Virus record (IMG/VR): IMGVR_UViG_3300036791_001436
Span: 11,340 to 75,339 of that record
DNA: 64,000 nucleotides
Strand: one strand, 5' to 3'
Origin: a virus
Shown: positions 30,170 to 39,412 of the stretch, piece after piece
How the letters are laid out: each line of letters opens with the position of its first letter
Position numbering within the stretch: the first letter of the stretch is position 1
Program-made: the position numbers and the translations under genes
The notes under the pieces: model-generated
Told to the model about the DNA's origin: nothing
What the model saw: the letters and a program-made list of their open reading frames with translations, nothing else
Database searches by the model: none

Positions 30170-30984
30170 TGCCGCACCGCCCTGATGTTGTCAAGTGCGT
30201 GTGGGTGGTCGTCCAGAGTTCCTTTCTCGAACCAGTTCTTCGGGCGAGGCTCTTGCTTGTGGCTCGGGCTTAGTTGTTGGGGATGGCGTATAGGGACTGC
30301 CGAGTCAATTCCTAACACCCCCGTCTGTCGAGCCGCCTGTAGATCATCCCATATGTTGTCACTGAACCCCAGCAGGTGGATGTTGATGTCCGGCCGTATG
30401 AGATGGATGTACTGCACCGCCGCTGTTCGCATTGGCCCTAGTAGGCGAGGTACTCCTGCCCAGGTGATCAGCGGGAAGGCCTTGGTGTCCAGTAGGAAAG
30501 CGTCTGCGATGTTGGTGAACTCCTCCCAAGAGGGGCCATGCGTCACCAGCATGAATCCTTCGCTGAGGTCCACGATGTCACTTTGTACCCACTCACTGTA
30601 GGCGATCGTGCTACGGAGAGCGGTAATGTCGGCGCTGCCCATCTCATCTGGAAGTACTGGCACTAGACGGAGGCGCGAGAGCCGATGGGCGTGGATGGGT
30701 TCGGCTGTGGAGATGGCCTTGAGCGCGGCCTCCATCACGTCTATCGGGATGGGTATCCCCAACTCCACGATGCTGTTGTCCATGATCACGACAACGTCCC
30801 CGCCTGCAGTGGTGAGGATGTATTCTCTGAACCTAGCGGTGAACCGTTCTGGGAACTCCAGTACGTGGTGCGCCAGGAGGAGATGGTAGTCCCCGAATAC
30901 AAAAGGGGACATCTCCTCCAGGATCTGGATGGGAGCAACAGGTGCGAACTTCGGGTGGTGGGTGGGGTGGTTGTTGATTGTCAT
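30151..30984 (-). CDS. Divergent TGT/DpdA-like TIM-barrel protein (putative deazaguanine transglycosylase)
   Basis: Likely start overlaps the queE stop (ATGA). Motifs IMDNS, LPD, VTHG, IHLLG and GIDS parallel TGT-superfamily motifs. Between queE and polA. Confidence 0.6.
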   Translation of the reverse strand: MTINNHPTHHPKFAPVAPIQILEEMSPFVFGDYHLLLAHHVLEFPERFTARFREYILTTAGGDVVVIMDNSIVELGIPIPIDVMEAALKAISTAEPIHAHRLSRLRLVPVLPDEMGSADITALRSTIAYSEWVQSDIVDLSEGFMLVTHGPSWEEFTNIADAFLLDTKAFPLITWAGVPRLLGPMRTAAVQYIHLIRPDINIHLLGFSDNIWDDLQAARQTGVLGIDSAVPIRHPQQLSPSHKQEPRPKNWFEKGTLDDHPHALDNIRAVRQWLSIL

Positions 30985-31832
30985 CGTGCGCGCTCGTTTC
31001 CCCAGATGAGTACGTGAAGTTGTGGCAGGTACTTCCAGTGTGCCAGTCGCCAGTCGTTCAGGAAGTCCTGCTCCAGAGAGTCCTTGAAGTCGCGGAGTAG
31101 CAGTTTGGGGATATCTTCGTCCCCCTCTGCTGCCTGAAATCCTCTGGCGGGAATTGGTGGCCACGGATTGCCGACAGAGAGGAATCGCTCCTCTCTTGGG
31201 AAGACGTAGTAGTCCAGGAGTGCATCCACTGTGATGGCGAACTCTAGGTCCAGTGCCGAGAAGACGATGACTTTGATGCTGGTCATGGTGCCACTGCAAC
31301 GCATCAGGAAGTCGGAGAACTTATCTGGCTCGAACTTCTCTCCCATGCCAGGACCCTTTGGTGAGATGGTCACCTGGTTGCACAAGGCCACCCAGTCTTG
31401 CCAGATGGTCCCTTGGGTCTCTAGGGCGACCTTGAATCCTCGTTGTTGTAGGGAGCGGACTAGATCACCCCCTTCTTCCCAGATGGCTGGGTTGCCTCCG
31501 CTCAGAGTCACCCACTGAGCTAGCCGACCGCATTTTTGGGCGACCTCTTCCGCTATTTCCTCCGGGTACATCCACGTTGCGTGCGCGTGGATAACTTGAG
31601 GGATCACTGCGAACAGGGAGTCGCACATCCTGCAGCGGTAGTCGCAACCTCCTAGTCTGACGAACATCGTTTTGGTGCCAATCATGACACCCTCGCCTTG
31701 GATGGTAGGGCCGAAGACTTCCATCACGGGGAGCTTGCCTCGCTTCCCTTCGTCCTGATCGGGGAGCGGTGCTGCCTTGAGCTGGGCTGCCTCAGTCGGG
31801 TCGGATCTCGTAGCTTGCGGAATTTCCGTCAT
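30981..31832 (-). CDS. queE: 7-carboxy-7-deazaguanine synthase (radical SAM)
   Basis: EVFGPTIQGEG, CDYRCRMCD, LSGGNP, ETQG, ISPK, PQLH. Confidence 0.93.
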   Translation of the reverse strand: MTEIPQATRSDPTEAAQLKAAPLPDQDEGKRGKLPVMEVFGPTIQGEGVMIGTKTMFVRLGGCDYRCRMCDSLFAVIPQVIHAHATWMYPEEIAEEVAQKCGRLAQWVTLSGGNPAIWEEGGDLVRSLQQRGFKVALETQGTIWQDWVALCNQVTISPKGPGMGEKFEPDKFSDFLMRCSGTMTSIKVIVFSALDLEFAITVDALLDYYVFPREERFLSVGNPWPPIPARGFQAAEGDEDIPKLLLRDFKDSLEQDFLNDWRLAHWKYLPQLHVLIWGNERAR

Positions 31833-32250
31833 GTTCCGACACTGTCACTTTCTCTAGTTGTACCCGCCCGTCTGATTGGGAGGCGATGAAGGAGTAGGCG
31901 TGTTGGAAGATATGGGCAGCGAAGGCCTCGATCCCTACTTGTGGGAGCACTATGAGGTCTGCCGCTTTGGCGATCTGGAGTTCCCTGAATGTGCTGATCA
32001 GAGGATCGTCGGCAGCCACTAGCAGCTTATGGTCGAACTGCTCCTGGAGCCACATCTTCAGTTCCTTGAGCCCGCCGAAGTCCTGCACCCAGCCATTCTC
32101 GTCAAGGGCAAACGCCGAGAACTCGAAGTGGATCTTCAACGCATACCCATGCAGGTAGTGGCAGTGGGAATCCGATCGCCATTGCCTGAAGCAGCAGCTT
32201 AGACCTTGTTCGTGCCCATAGGTCTTGCTGCTAGTGAACCTATGTTCCAT
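31792..32250 (-). CDS. queD: 6-carboxy-5,6,7,8-tetrahydropterin synthase
   Basis: C..LHGY, DFGGLK, FDH, V.EH..NSA. Confidence 0.9.
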   Translation of the reverse strand: MEHRFTSSKTYGHEQGLSCCFRQWRSDSHCHYLHGYALKIHFEFSAFALDENGWVQDFGGLKELKMWLQEQFDHKLLVAADDPLISTFRELQIAKAADLIVLPQVGIEAFAAHIFQHAYSFIASQSDGRVQLEKVTVSEHDGNSASYEIRPD

Positions 32251-32255
32251 GGCTG

Positions 32256-33050
32256 CTACTCCGCCAGGTAGACGGTTGGGTCGTGGACGATCGCATCGTG
32301 GAACGCTTCCCTACGTGCGATACAGGTTGGGCAGACACCGCAGTGCCGGCTCTCACCTGCATAGCAGCTCCAGGTGTCTGCGAAGTCGACGTCCAGGGAG
32401 TCACCGAGTTGCACGACTTCGGACTTCACCATGTGCACCAAGGGAACGCGAAGGCGCACCTTCCCGTAGGTGCCGATCTGGATGGCTGCCGCTTGCGCAC
32501 CGAGGAACTCCAGAGTGCAGTCTGGGTATGCGTCTCTGGCTGCATCGTCGGCGTGCATCCCAGCGTAGAGAATGGCGTTGGCCTGTGCTAGGCTCTTCTC
32601 TGCTGCCATCACCCAGGACTGTGCCCTCGCTGCCATGATGCTGAGCATTGTCCCGTTGCGATAGCTGACGTAGGTTGGGGAGATGCCTTCGGGAAGCTCC
32701 CCGTACGACATCTGGGGGATGGGTTCGTTCACTTCCTTGTCCACCAACATTCCCGTGAAGGACCCTTGGATGTTGACAACGATGTGCTCGGCCTCGAACT
32801 TCTTGGCTTGCCTGCGGGCGTACTCGATCTCCTTCTTGTGCCGTTGCCCATAATCGAAGGTCAGGCACTCGATCTCAGCACTGGGGAATTGGTCACGAGC
32901 GAACGCCAGGACGGTGCTGGAGTCGACTCCTCCCGACAACATGACGAAGCACTTGGTGACCACGAGCGGGGGCTTGGGTCTCGGATCCCTAAATGTCGAA
33001 GTCAGGGTCTGGGGTAGGTCTGACTCTGTGGAGGTAGGGTGATCGACCAT
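32256..33050 (-). CDS. queC: 7-cyano-7-deazaguanine synthase
   Basis: SGGVDS, FDYGQRH, TYV..RN, YPDC, TWSCY, CGVCPTC; no GAT domain fused. Confidence 0.95.
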   Translation of the reverse strand: MVDHPTSTESDLPQTLTSTFRDPRPKPPLVVTKCFVMLSGGVDSSTVLAFARDQFPSAEIECLTFDYGQRHKKEIEYARRQAKKFEAEHIVVNIQGSFTGMLVDKEVNEPIPQMSYGELPEGISPTYVSYRNGTMLSIMAARAQSWVMAAEKSLAQANAILYAGMHADDAARDAYPDCTLEFLGAQAAAIQIGTYGKVRLRVPLVHMVKSEVVQLGDSLDVDFADTWSCYAGESRHCGVCPTCIARREAFHDAIVHDPTVYLAE

Positions 33051-33297
33051 GTTGGCCTCTAGCTTGTGGGTCGGAGGGTGGAGACTGGGCAAGACGTCGG
33101 AGCTCGGAGATGGGGATGCGATAGTTGCGCCCCATGTACTCGCCCTTGATCTGCCCAGTCTTGATCCAGTTCAGTACCGTGTGGTAGTGTACGTGGAGTA
33201 ACGGTGCAGCGCGACGAGGCGATATCCATCCTCGGAGGTTGAGGATCTCCGCCGCCGTGAGACCGGCGACTTCTTCTTCAATGTCGTTGGGGGACAT
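32989..33297 (-). CDS. HTH_17/excisionase-like DNA-binding protein
   Basis: AA.LL.VH..TV.NWIK.GQI......YRIP. Confidence 0.75.
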   Translation of the reverse strand: MSPNDIEEEVAGLTAAEILNLRGWISPRRAAPLLHVHYHTVLNWIKTGQIKGEYMGRNYRIPISELRRLAQSPPSDPQARGQHGRSPYLHRVRPTPDPDFDI

Positions 33298-33334
33298 GCC
33301 TCGTCACACCACACGCGGCCTCTGCGTATTGGCC

Positions 33335-33865
33335 TTACAAAGGGTTGCTGAAACCGCCCTGCGCCGCACCTTGCACCGGTGCCAGGACGTCCTTCACCTC
33401 GTTGCGGCGCTCGCCTTGGTAGAGGCGGATCCCCACCTTGGCGCGCAGCGGCTTGCCGAGGAGCAGGCCTTCGTCGGCGACGAGCTTCGGGTTGAAGTTC
33501 GTCACGATCAGTTCCGGTGCGACCTTCATGAGGAAGGACTTGCCACGGGCGATCATGTTCTCCGCCCAACTAACGTTCAGGAAGAGCTTCCTGTTGACGA
33601 GGTCCTTGGACTCGTCGTCGTCGACGGCCAGCTTGATCGCCCACATGGGCTTGCCGGCGGCATTGGAGAGCTTGTACTCGCACTCCTCGATCGTGCTGGG
33701 GTAGAGTCCAGCCGGGAGCACAGGGAAGCCCTTGTCGGCTTCGACGTCGGTGAGGTCGACGGTGAAGCCTTCACCGCCCTCGTATTGCAGGCCTTGGGTG
33801 TCCTGCTCGTGCTCCTGCTCTTGAGACAGGTCGACTTCGTTGCCGTGTTCGTCGGTCATGGACAT
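33335..33865 (-). CDS. Single-stranded DNA-binding protein (DUF669-like)
   Basis: F.VLP.G.Y...I..C, S..GKPM, Y.GE.RNEVK; next to Sak4-like gene. Confidence 0.75.
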   Translation of the reverse strand: MSMTDEHGNEVDLSQEQEHEQDTQGLQYEGGEGFTVDLTDVEADKGFPVLPAGLYPSTIEECEYKLSNAAGKPMWAIKLAVDDDESKDLVNRKLFLNVSWAENMIARGKSFLMKVAPELIVTNFNPKLVADEGLLLGKPLRAKVGIRLYQGERRNEVKDVLAPVQGAAQGGFSNPL

Positions 33866-33916
33866 GTTGGTTCCTTGGGCTTGGTTGGGTTTGGGTTAGG
33901 GGTTGGCCAGTTGAGG

Positions 33917-34978
33917 TTACGCCGGCTGCGCCAACTTGAAGGCAGCCATGATGCTGCCCATAGTTGGGTTGTCGAAGTACGCCTGCTTATATGAAGCCCG
34001 ACGATTCTTAGCGTCGAACTTCACTCCAGACTGGGGCTGGATATACAGTCGGCGTAGATCGGGTGAGCTGGGGTCTGCTTGTGAAACTACCATGTATCCC
34101 ACCAGGTCGACGAACGACTGGATCTGCGTGGCGAGCTTGCCCGTCATCCAGGGAGTGAAGTGCATCTTCTTCAACTCGTCCTGGGCATAGGACTGCCCGC
34201 AAATGATGAGAAGGTTGATAGGCAGGTCGCGGAACGCTCTCACGATCGCCTGGATGGCGTTGTTGTTCTTCCTGAACTCTGGGAAGCCTGCGATCGGCAT
34301 CTCGTCACCAGCTTCCCACGCCATCGCATCTGGCCCTACACCACCCAGCCCCATCACTTTGGCCAGGTTCATCTGTTCGATCTCCGTCAGGGAGTCGATG
34401 ATGACAGTGCGAAAGCGGCGCAGACGGTCGATCTCTTCTGGAGGGACACCGAAGGTCTGGCTTTGGATCTGGCGTAGCACCGGTTCGTTGTTCGTGTCCC
34501 GCGCACGACAGTGGTGTTGCAGGAACTCGTAGATCTTCCGGAGCTGCTCGATCTGCGTGACGCGCACCTCGTCGATCATCTCGTAGTTCAGCACACGGTC
34601 GTTGTCCTCCAGGACTAGCTCGCCGCCTTCTGCCGACAAGAGGAGGATGTCCTGCATTGAGGGAACATCGACTGCGCTGCCGCATAGTGTGGTCTTACCT
34701 GTCCCTGCTGGCCCATAGAAAAGAGCCTTGATGTAACGGTTCTTCAGGGGGCTAGAGATGCCGCCGATCTTGAAGAACGCAGGGTTGGGGACGCTCAGAG
34801 CAGTTCTGGTAGGACCCGCTCCTGCTTGAGCTGGCGCTGGTGCGATCTTGGGTGCTGGTGCTGGCGTGGGCGCAGGTGCGGTTGGTGTGGCCGGCTTGAC
34901 AGGTGCCTGGCCTGGCTTCAGCGTAGTAGGAGCTGGTGAGGCGGGAGCAGTTGGGGTGCCTGTGGTGGTCATGGTCAC
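33917..34978 (-). CDS. AAA_24/Sak4-like ssDNA-annealing ATPase
   Basis: YGPAGTGKT Walker A, VIIDSLT Walker B, D.VGY, AK.R. Confidence 0.8.
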   Translation of the reverse strand: MTMTTTGTPTAPASPAPTTLKPGQAPVKPATPTAPAPTPAPAPKIAPAPAQAGAGPTRTALSVPNPAFFKIGGISSPLKNRYIKALFYGPAGTGKTTLCGSAVDVPSMQDILLLSAEGGELVLEDNDRVLNYEMIDEVRVTQIEQLRKIYEFLQHHCRARDTNNEPVLRQIQSQTFGVPPEEIDRLRRFRTVIIDSLTEIEQMNLAKVMGLGGVGPDAMAWEAGDEMPIAGFPEFRKNNNAIQAIVRAFRDLPINLLIICGQSYAQDELKKMHFTPWMTGKLATQIQSFVDLVGYMVVSQADPSSPDLRRLYIQPQSGVKFDAKNRRASYKQAYFDNPTMGSIMAAFKLAQPA

Positions 34979-36417
34979 TCGTGATCTACAAGGTTGATGG
35001 TCGGGTTGAGGCCAACTTCTTGGTTGCCTTCTTCCTCTTCCACACCGGCCGTCCTGAGGACGACATGTGGGTCCGCACGCTCTCGGGTGTACTCGTCACC
35101 CTGAGAGGGGTCCTTCCATTCGGGAGGAGGCTTGAAGTCGTTGATGTCGTCAACGTCGTCTGCGGCGATCTCTGCCCGGTATTGATCTTCTCGCGACCGT
35201 TGCTGGATCAGCCCGAGGTCGATATCTGGAAGGCGGTCCTGTGGCACTCCCTGCAGGCGCTCGTGGAGCACACGGGGGTCAGGAAGTCGGGAGCGCCAAA
35301 GGCGATCCACTTCTAAGTCACGCTCACAGTAGTCTGCTTCTAACTCCAGCTCCCAGTCTCCGCCGTCGTCTAGGGATACGCACGGGCTCAGGAAGCTGCA
35401 TAGGCGGAAGCAGTCACGTGTTGGGTTCGGGTACAGCGGGAGATCTGGGTTCAGCATGTCCTCCAACTCCAGGAGGATCAAGATCCCTTGTGACTGGATC
35501 TGTTGCACTGTACGGTTGATCTCATCCCGCCGTACATAGCGGTCGCGGTTCTCGTTCTCAGAGGAGGCCAGCGCCCATAGGAAGTCGATGTTGGCCTTAG
35601 GCGCGGCGTCGACGGAGTTGTAGAGGTCGAGTAGTCGCTGCCGGTATAGGGATTCAGAGGTCACTAGGTTCTGCGCTGTGGATACTTTCCCCGATTGCAG
35701 GATCCTGGGAGGGTCAGGGGCTCGCTTCCAGAACTGATGGTAGATCACCCCTACTACCGGTTGCTCGTAGATCTGCGCACCTGCCCACACGTATCGCGAT
35801 ACTTGCGGGTCAGTCATGTAGTGTTGGGTCTGGATAACCTTGGCGGTCTTGTACTCGTCGATCAGGAGAGTGTCGTAGTCTCCCTGGACTACTCTGTCGA
35901 TCGTACCGCGGTAGAGGATGATGTCAATCCCCAACTGGGCGCATAGGGCTTGGATGGTGGGGTTGATCGATGGGGTGATCGGGATCTCGAAGTTGACCTC
36001 TACCTGAGGTTCCGAGACTCCCGTGATTGGGTTTGGTGCCCAGAAAGTTTGGTCATTACGCTTATGGCGCAGCCAGTTGTACTGGTAGTACCGCATCATC
36101 TGCTGGCCGAGCACGAAGAGGTCAGCGTAGTCCGAGGGAAGATCGCGGACGTAGTTCTGCGCTGTGGCGATGCAGTAGGCGATGAAGGCGCGCTCGGCCG
36201 AGTCGAAGACCCGATACCCGTGGAAGTCTTCCAGCGCGTAGTGGACCCCCGACCCGAACCAGAGCGGGCTCGCCAAATGGATGGGCCCAAGGTTCATCTG
36301 GAGGTGGCTGCCCCAACCCCACTTCCGGCGACACTGCTTGAAGTTGATGGAGTCGCTCGTACGGAAGATCGCAGCGTTGCGTCCATCTGCTAGCCGTGTC
36401 AGGTTGAGCCGACGCAC
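34975..36417 (-). CDS. PD-(D/E)XK Cas4/RecB-like exonuclease
   Basis: F..CRRKW, G.IDR, DEYKT, Q...Y, C..C....C. Confidence 0.8.
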   Translation of the reverse strand: MRRLNLTRLADGRNAAIFRTSDSINFKQCRRKWGWGSHLQMNLGPIHLASPLWFGSGVHYALEDFHGYRVFDSAERAFIAYCIATAQNYVRDLPSDYADLFVLGQQMMRYYQYNWLRHKRNDQTFWAPNPITGVSEPQVEVNFEIPITPSINPTIQALCAQLGIDIILYRGTIDRVVQGDYDTLLIDEYKTAKVIQTQHYMTDPQVSRYVWAGAQIYEQPVVGVIYHQFWKRAPDPPRILQSGKVSTAQNLVTSESLYRQRLLDLYNSVDAAPKANIDFLWALASSENENRDRYVRRDEINRTVQQIQSQGILILLELEDMLNPDLPLYPNPTRDCFRLCSFLSPCVSLDDGGDWELELEADYCERDLEVDRLWRSRLPDPRVLHERLQGVPQDRLPDIDLGLIQQRSREDQYRAEIAADDVDDINDFKPPPEWKDPSQGDEYTRERADPHVVLRTAGVEEEEGNQEVGLNPTINLVDHE

Positions 36418-36456
36418 GCGTGAGATCCCTATGACTTGAACACATCCAATCTAACT

Positions 36457-36485
36457 ATACTATACTAGATCAGAGGGGAAATCAA
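36457..36485 (-). promoter_or_regulatory. sigma70-like promoter
   Basis: TTGATT-N17-TAGTAT followed by AGTTAGATTGGA. Confidence 0.65.
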
Positions 36486-36606
36486 CAGGAATCTTTTGGG
36501 CGGTCCATAAATTTATTGTACCTCGCCGGAGGTAGTAAGGTGGGCAAATTCTCCCTTAACGGGGAGCGAAAGACACCCGTGAGCTCCTGCGAGGCTGGCC
36601 GTGGCC

Positions 36607-38157
36607 CTAGTCGGCGACAGACTCTGTGACCATAGCTTTTGCTCCCTTTGTTAGAAGGGTCTTGATGTGCTTCGGGTAGGTGAGGAGGCGGGTCACATTC
36701 CACCCCTTTGCCATGATATACTCCCACAGGTCGATGTCGAAGGTATCCTGGCATTGGCAGTAATAGGCGAAGCATGTGTCTTCCGAGGTGAGACGGTGGA
36801 GACGATCCTCAGCCTGTTCGTTCTCGTCCTTGTCCCACTCGTACCCGATGAAGGCGCAATAGCTGGCGTACGGTGCTAGCTCGAAGGATTCCGCGTACTT
36901 GATCGTGCACACGATCACCCCTGTTGGGGATTGGGACCATGCCTTGATGATCTCTTCCTGCTCTATCGGGTTCACTCCTCCTCTGAGGATCCAGGTTGGC
37001 AGGTTCCGTGCGTTGCGAAGGTAGTCCGCGAAGTGATCGCACGGTGCCCTATAGGGGGTGTATATGACGTACTTCGAGATGTCGTTCTCGGCGAACTCGT
37101 CAGCCACTGCTTCGATCGCTGCGCCGACCCCTAGCTGCTCGTTGAGGGCCTTGGGACATACTAGAGCCATCCGAGCAGCGTGGAGAGCAGCTAGTTCGTT
37201 GGCACGGACAATGAAATCCCCATCTGGTAACTCGGCGAGCGAGTCTTCCCGTAGGGACTCGTATAACTTCCGCTGCCAGGGCTCCAGTTCATACTCCAGC
37301 GGGAGCCGAACCTTGTCCTTCAGGTGCTTGGCTACCTGGTGCTTCTTGACACTGGTGAACCAAGGGGCTACTGCATTCTGCCACTGAGGTATGTTCTTGG
37401 GCCCTAGGATGGTCTTCCCGTACCCGGAGTCGTCAATCAGGCAGAACATGTTGACGTACTTCCAGTAGGAGCTCCAGGTTCGAGGGTCCAAGATGTTGAG
37501 CGCTGGCCAGATATCCTGGGGCCCCGTGGTGATAGCGCTACCAGAGAGGAAGATTTTGACCAGGGGGCGCGGTGAATAGGCTAGGTGCTGCTTCAGGAGT
37601 TTGAACGTGGCGGAGTCCTTATGGCGCATGTACCGATGGAACTCATCGAAGATCCATCCTGGGGACTTCCAGACCCATTGGGGAACAGCGTCCGTGGTGT
37701 TGACGTGCTTGCCAGTGCGACGTGCGCTGTCGGAGAGCAGAGTGGCCGCTGGGATGACGAACACCTTGGCCTCTGGATTCCCCCATTGTTGAGCGCGAAT
37801 GGCTCTCCCCTTGTCACCTACTGCGCTCTTTGGGGCGTACACCAACTGGACCTTGGCCGCATCCTCTGGGAGCCACTTTTCTGTTTCCTTCTTGTAGGTA
37901 CGGAGACCACGCCCAGTGGTGAGAACGATAAGGGGGTATGCATTAAAATGTCGGGCAATTAGCAGGGCGAGGATGGTCTTGCCTAGTCCCTTATCCACAC
38001 CAAAGATATGTCTGCCGGCACGGAGACGGACCCCACGATCGTAGCAGACTAGTCCATAGGGGTGCAGCTCGATGTTCTGGGGGTAGGGTTGTTGTACATG
38101 ACGGTTCTCGATGTACTGCTCGAACTCGTCCAGCTCCGCTTCTTGGGTCTGGGTCAT
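36607..38157 (-). CDS. SNF2-like SF2 helicase
   Basis: D.GLGKT, DEFH, LSGS, QAEDR.HR. Confidence 0.85.
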   Translation of the reverse strand: MTQTQEAELDEFEQYIENRHVQQPYPQNIELHPYGLVCYDRGVRLRAGRHIFGVDKGLGKTILALLIARHFNAYPLIVLTTGRGLRTYKKETEKWLPEDAAKVQLVYAPKSAVGDKGRAIRAQQWGNPEAKVFVIPAATLLSDSARRTGKHVNTTDAVPQWVWKSPGWIFDEFHRYMRHKDSATFKLLKQHLAYSPRPLVKIFLSGSAITTGPQDIWPALNILDPRTWSSYWKYVNMFCLIDDSGYGKTILGPKNIPQWQNAVAPWFTSVKKHQVAKHLKDKVRLPLEYELEPWQRKLYESLREDSLAELPDGDFIVRANELAALHAARMALVCPKALNEQLGVGAAIEAVADEFAENDISKYVIYTPYRAPCDHFADYLRNARNLPTWILRGGVNPIEQEEIIKAWSQSPTGVIVCTIKYAESFELAPYASYCAFIGYEWDKDENEQAEDRLHRLTSEDTCFAYYCQCQDTFDIDLWEYIMAKGWNVTRLLTYPKHIKTLLTKGAKAMVTESVAD

Positions 38158-38495
38158 GGGAGTTCGATCCCGTACTTCACTTTGAACCCCTCAACGAACC
38201 TGTTCAGTTCGTCGGCGATCTGCCCCATGCGGATCTCATCTGCCGGGGTGGGTTCTTCACTACCAGGGTCGAGCATTGTCATTATGGAACCGAGGAGGTG
38301 TTGGGCTCCAGCGAAGAATGCCATGCGCATTTCCTCCAGTTGGATCTCCGGGGCGTCAGGAGGAATTGCCATCTCTCGCATGCCCAGCCACCCTGCTTCG
38401 ATCAGCAGGCCGTCGGCAACCGCTTTCCTCGTGACCTTGGCGACAATTGCCTGTAGGCGTTCTCTGTCTTGAGCTTCGCGCTCTTCGTTGGTCAT
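38154..38495 (-). CDS. Hypothetical phage protein
   Basis: Coupled ORF; Q..E.R.AFFAGA motif. Confidence 0.6.
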   Translation of the reverse strand: MTNEEREAQDRERLQAIVAKVTRKAVADGLLIEAGWLGMREMAIPPDAPEIQLEEMRMAFFAGAQHLLGSIMTMLDPGSEEPTPADEIRMGQIADELNRFVEGFKVKYGIELP

Positions 38496-39208
38496 GTCAG
38501 GTTCTCCGTTGCTCGGTGGTCGGGGATGTCAGGGAAGTATTTCATGATCGCATTCCAGCACAGGTTTGCGATATGACGGTGCTCCTTCTGGGAACCTTCT
38601 TTTGTGCGCACACGGGTGTAGTGGTACCAGTCTCGTATGCGCCCGTTGAAGTACATCTTGGTTGGGGTGTTCCCTTCTGGGAGCACTACTCGGGCCTGCT
38701 CCTTAGCAATGCCTCTAGCGAGCGCCTGGTTGTAGACAGCGATGGCTCGGAGCCAGATTTCCCCTTGGGCGGCTAGCCACCACTCTTGGTCGCCGAGTTG
38801 TTGAGGATCACGAAGGTCAGGTTCTAAGGAACCTTGGCGGTTGATGGGGTCTTGGTATCGTAGTTCCCTGAGGATAGGACCTCTGATATCGGTCCCAACC
38901 TCAGCATAGCGCTGGGAGAATTCCTGGGGCTTTAAGGAGGAGTGTCGAAGGATCTGTCGCCCGATGTCACGAGTGGCGAGGATCTCGCATGTGGCATCCA
39001 CCATCTCCAGTGGGGACCACTCCTCTCTCCTGATCAGACCGCGGATCAGTTTTGCTCCAGTCCTGTGGTTGGTCTGGTTGGCTTCGTTGCTCACGCGGGC
39101 ATAGAATGCCAGCAGCTCCTGAGGGGTCTTGACCCCGTACACCTCCTGCAGTTCTTGGGTCGGCATGGAGATGGAGGTCACTCTTGCGTCATAACCGACT
39201 ATGGTCAT
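38492..39208 (-). CDS. thyX: Flavin-dependent thymidylate synthase
   Basis: ARVSN, WSPLE, QILRH...QEFSQRY, KEQAR.VLP, QKEH. Confidence 0.92.
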   Translation of the reverse strand: MTIVGYDARVTSISMPTQELQEVYGVKTPQELLAFYARVSNEANQTNHRTGAKLIRGLIRREEWSPLEMVDATCEILATRDIGRQILRHSSLKPQEFSQRYAEVGTDIRGPILRELRYQDPINRQGSLEPDLRDPQQLGDQEWWLAAQGEIWLRAIAVYNQALARGIAKEQARVVLPEGNTPTKMYFNGRIRDWYHYTRVRTKEGSQKEHRHIANLCWNAIMKYFPDIPDHRATENLT

Positions 39209-39411
39209 TCCTCGTCCTCGTACTCCAGGTCACTGATGTGGCACGAGCGGTAGCGAGGGAATTCGCTCCCCTCTGGTTGCCACCGCACCCAGGCTGCGCC
39301 TGCTGGATAGGGACACTCTGGGTCGGTGGCCAAGACTAGGACGCGGACGCCCGCTGGCAGCACCTGGGTGGGGCCCACCCACTTCGCCCAGCGTTGCTTG
39401 TGTTCCTGCAT
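39205..39411 (-). CDS. Hypothetical protein
   Basis: Short coupled ORF MQEHKQRW... Confidence 0.5.
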   Translation of the reverse strand: MQEHKQRWAKWVGPTQVLPAGVRVLVLATDPECPYPAGAAWVRWQPEGSEFPRYRSCHISDLEYEDEE

Positions 39412-39412
39412 G

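Noticed and set aside
30985-31299. N-terminal 105 aa of the 382-aa ORF in the track
   Set aside because: Overlaps queE in another frame; the coupled ATG at 30984 is the more plausible start
32989-33297. Excisionase implying lysogeny
   Set aside because: No integrase, att site or repressor switch is seen; the HTH_17 fold is common in lytic phages
34975-36417. Cas4-like gene as sign of CRISPR-Cas
   Set aside because: No repeat-spacer array or other cas genes; typical phage recombination exonuclease beside Sak4 and SSB
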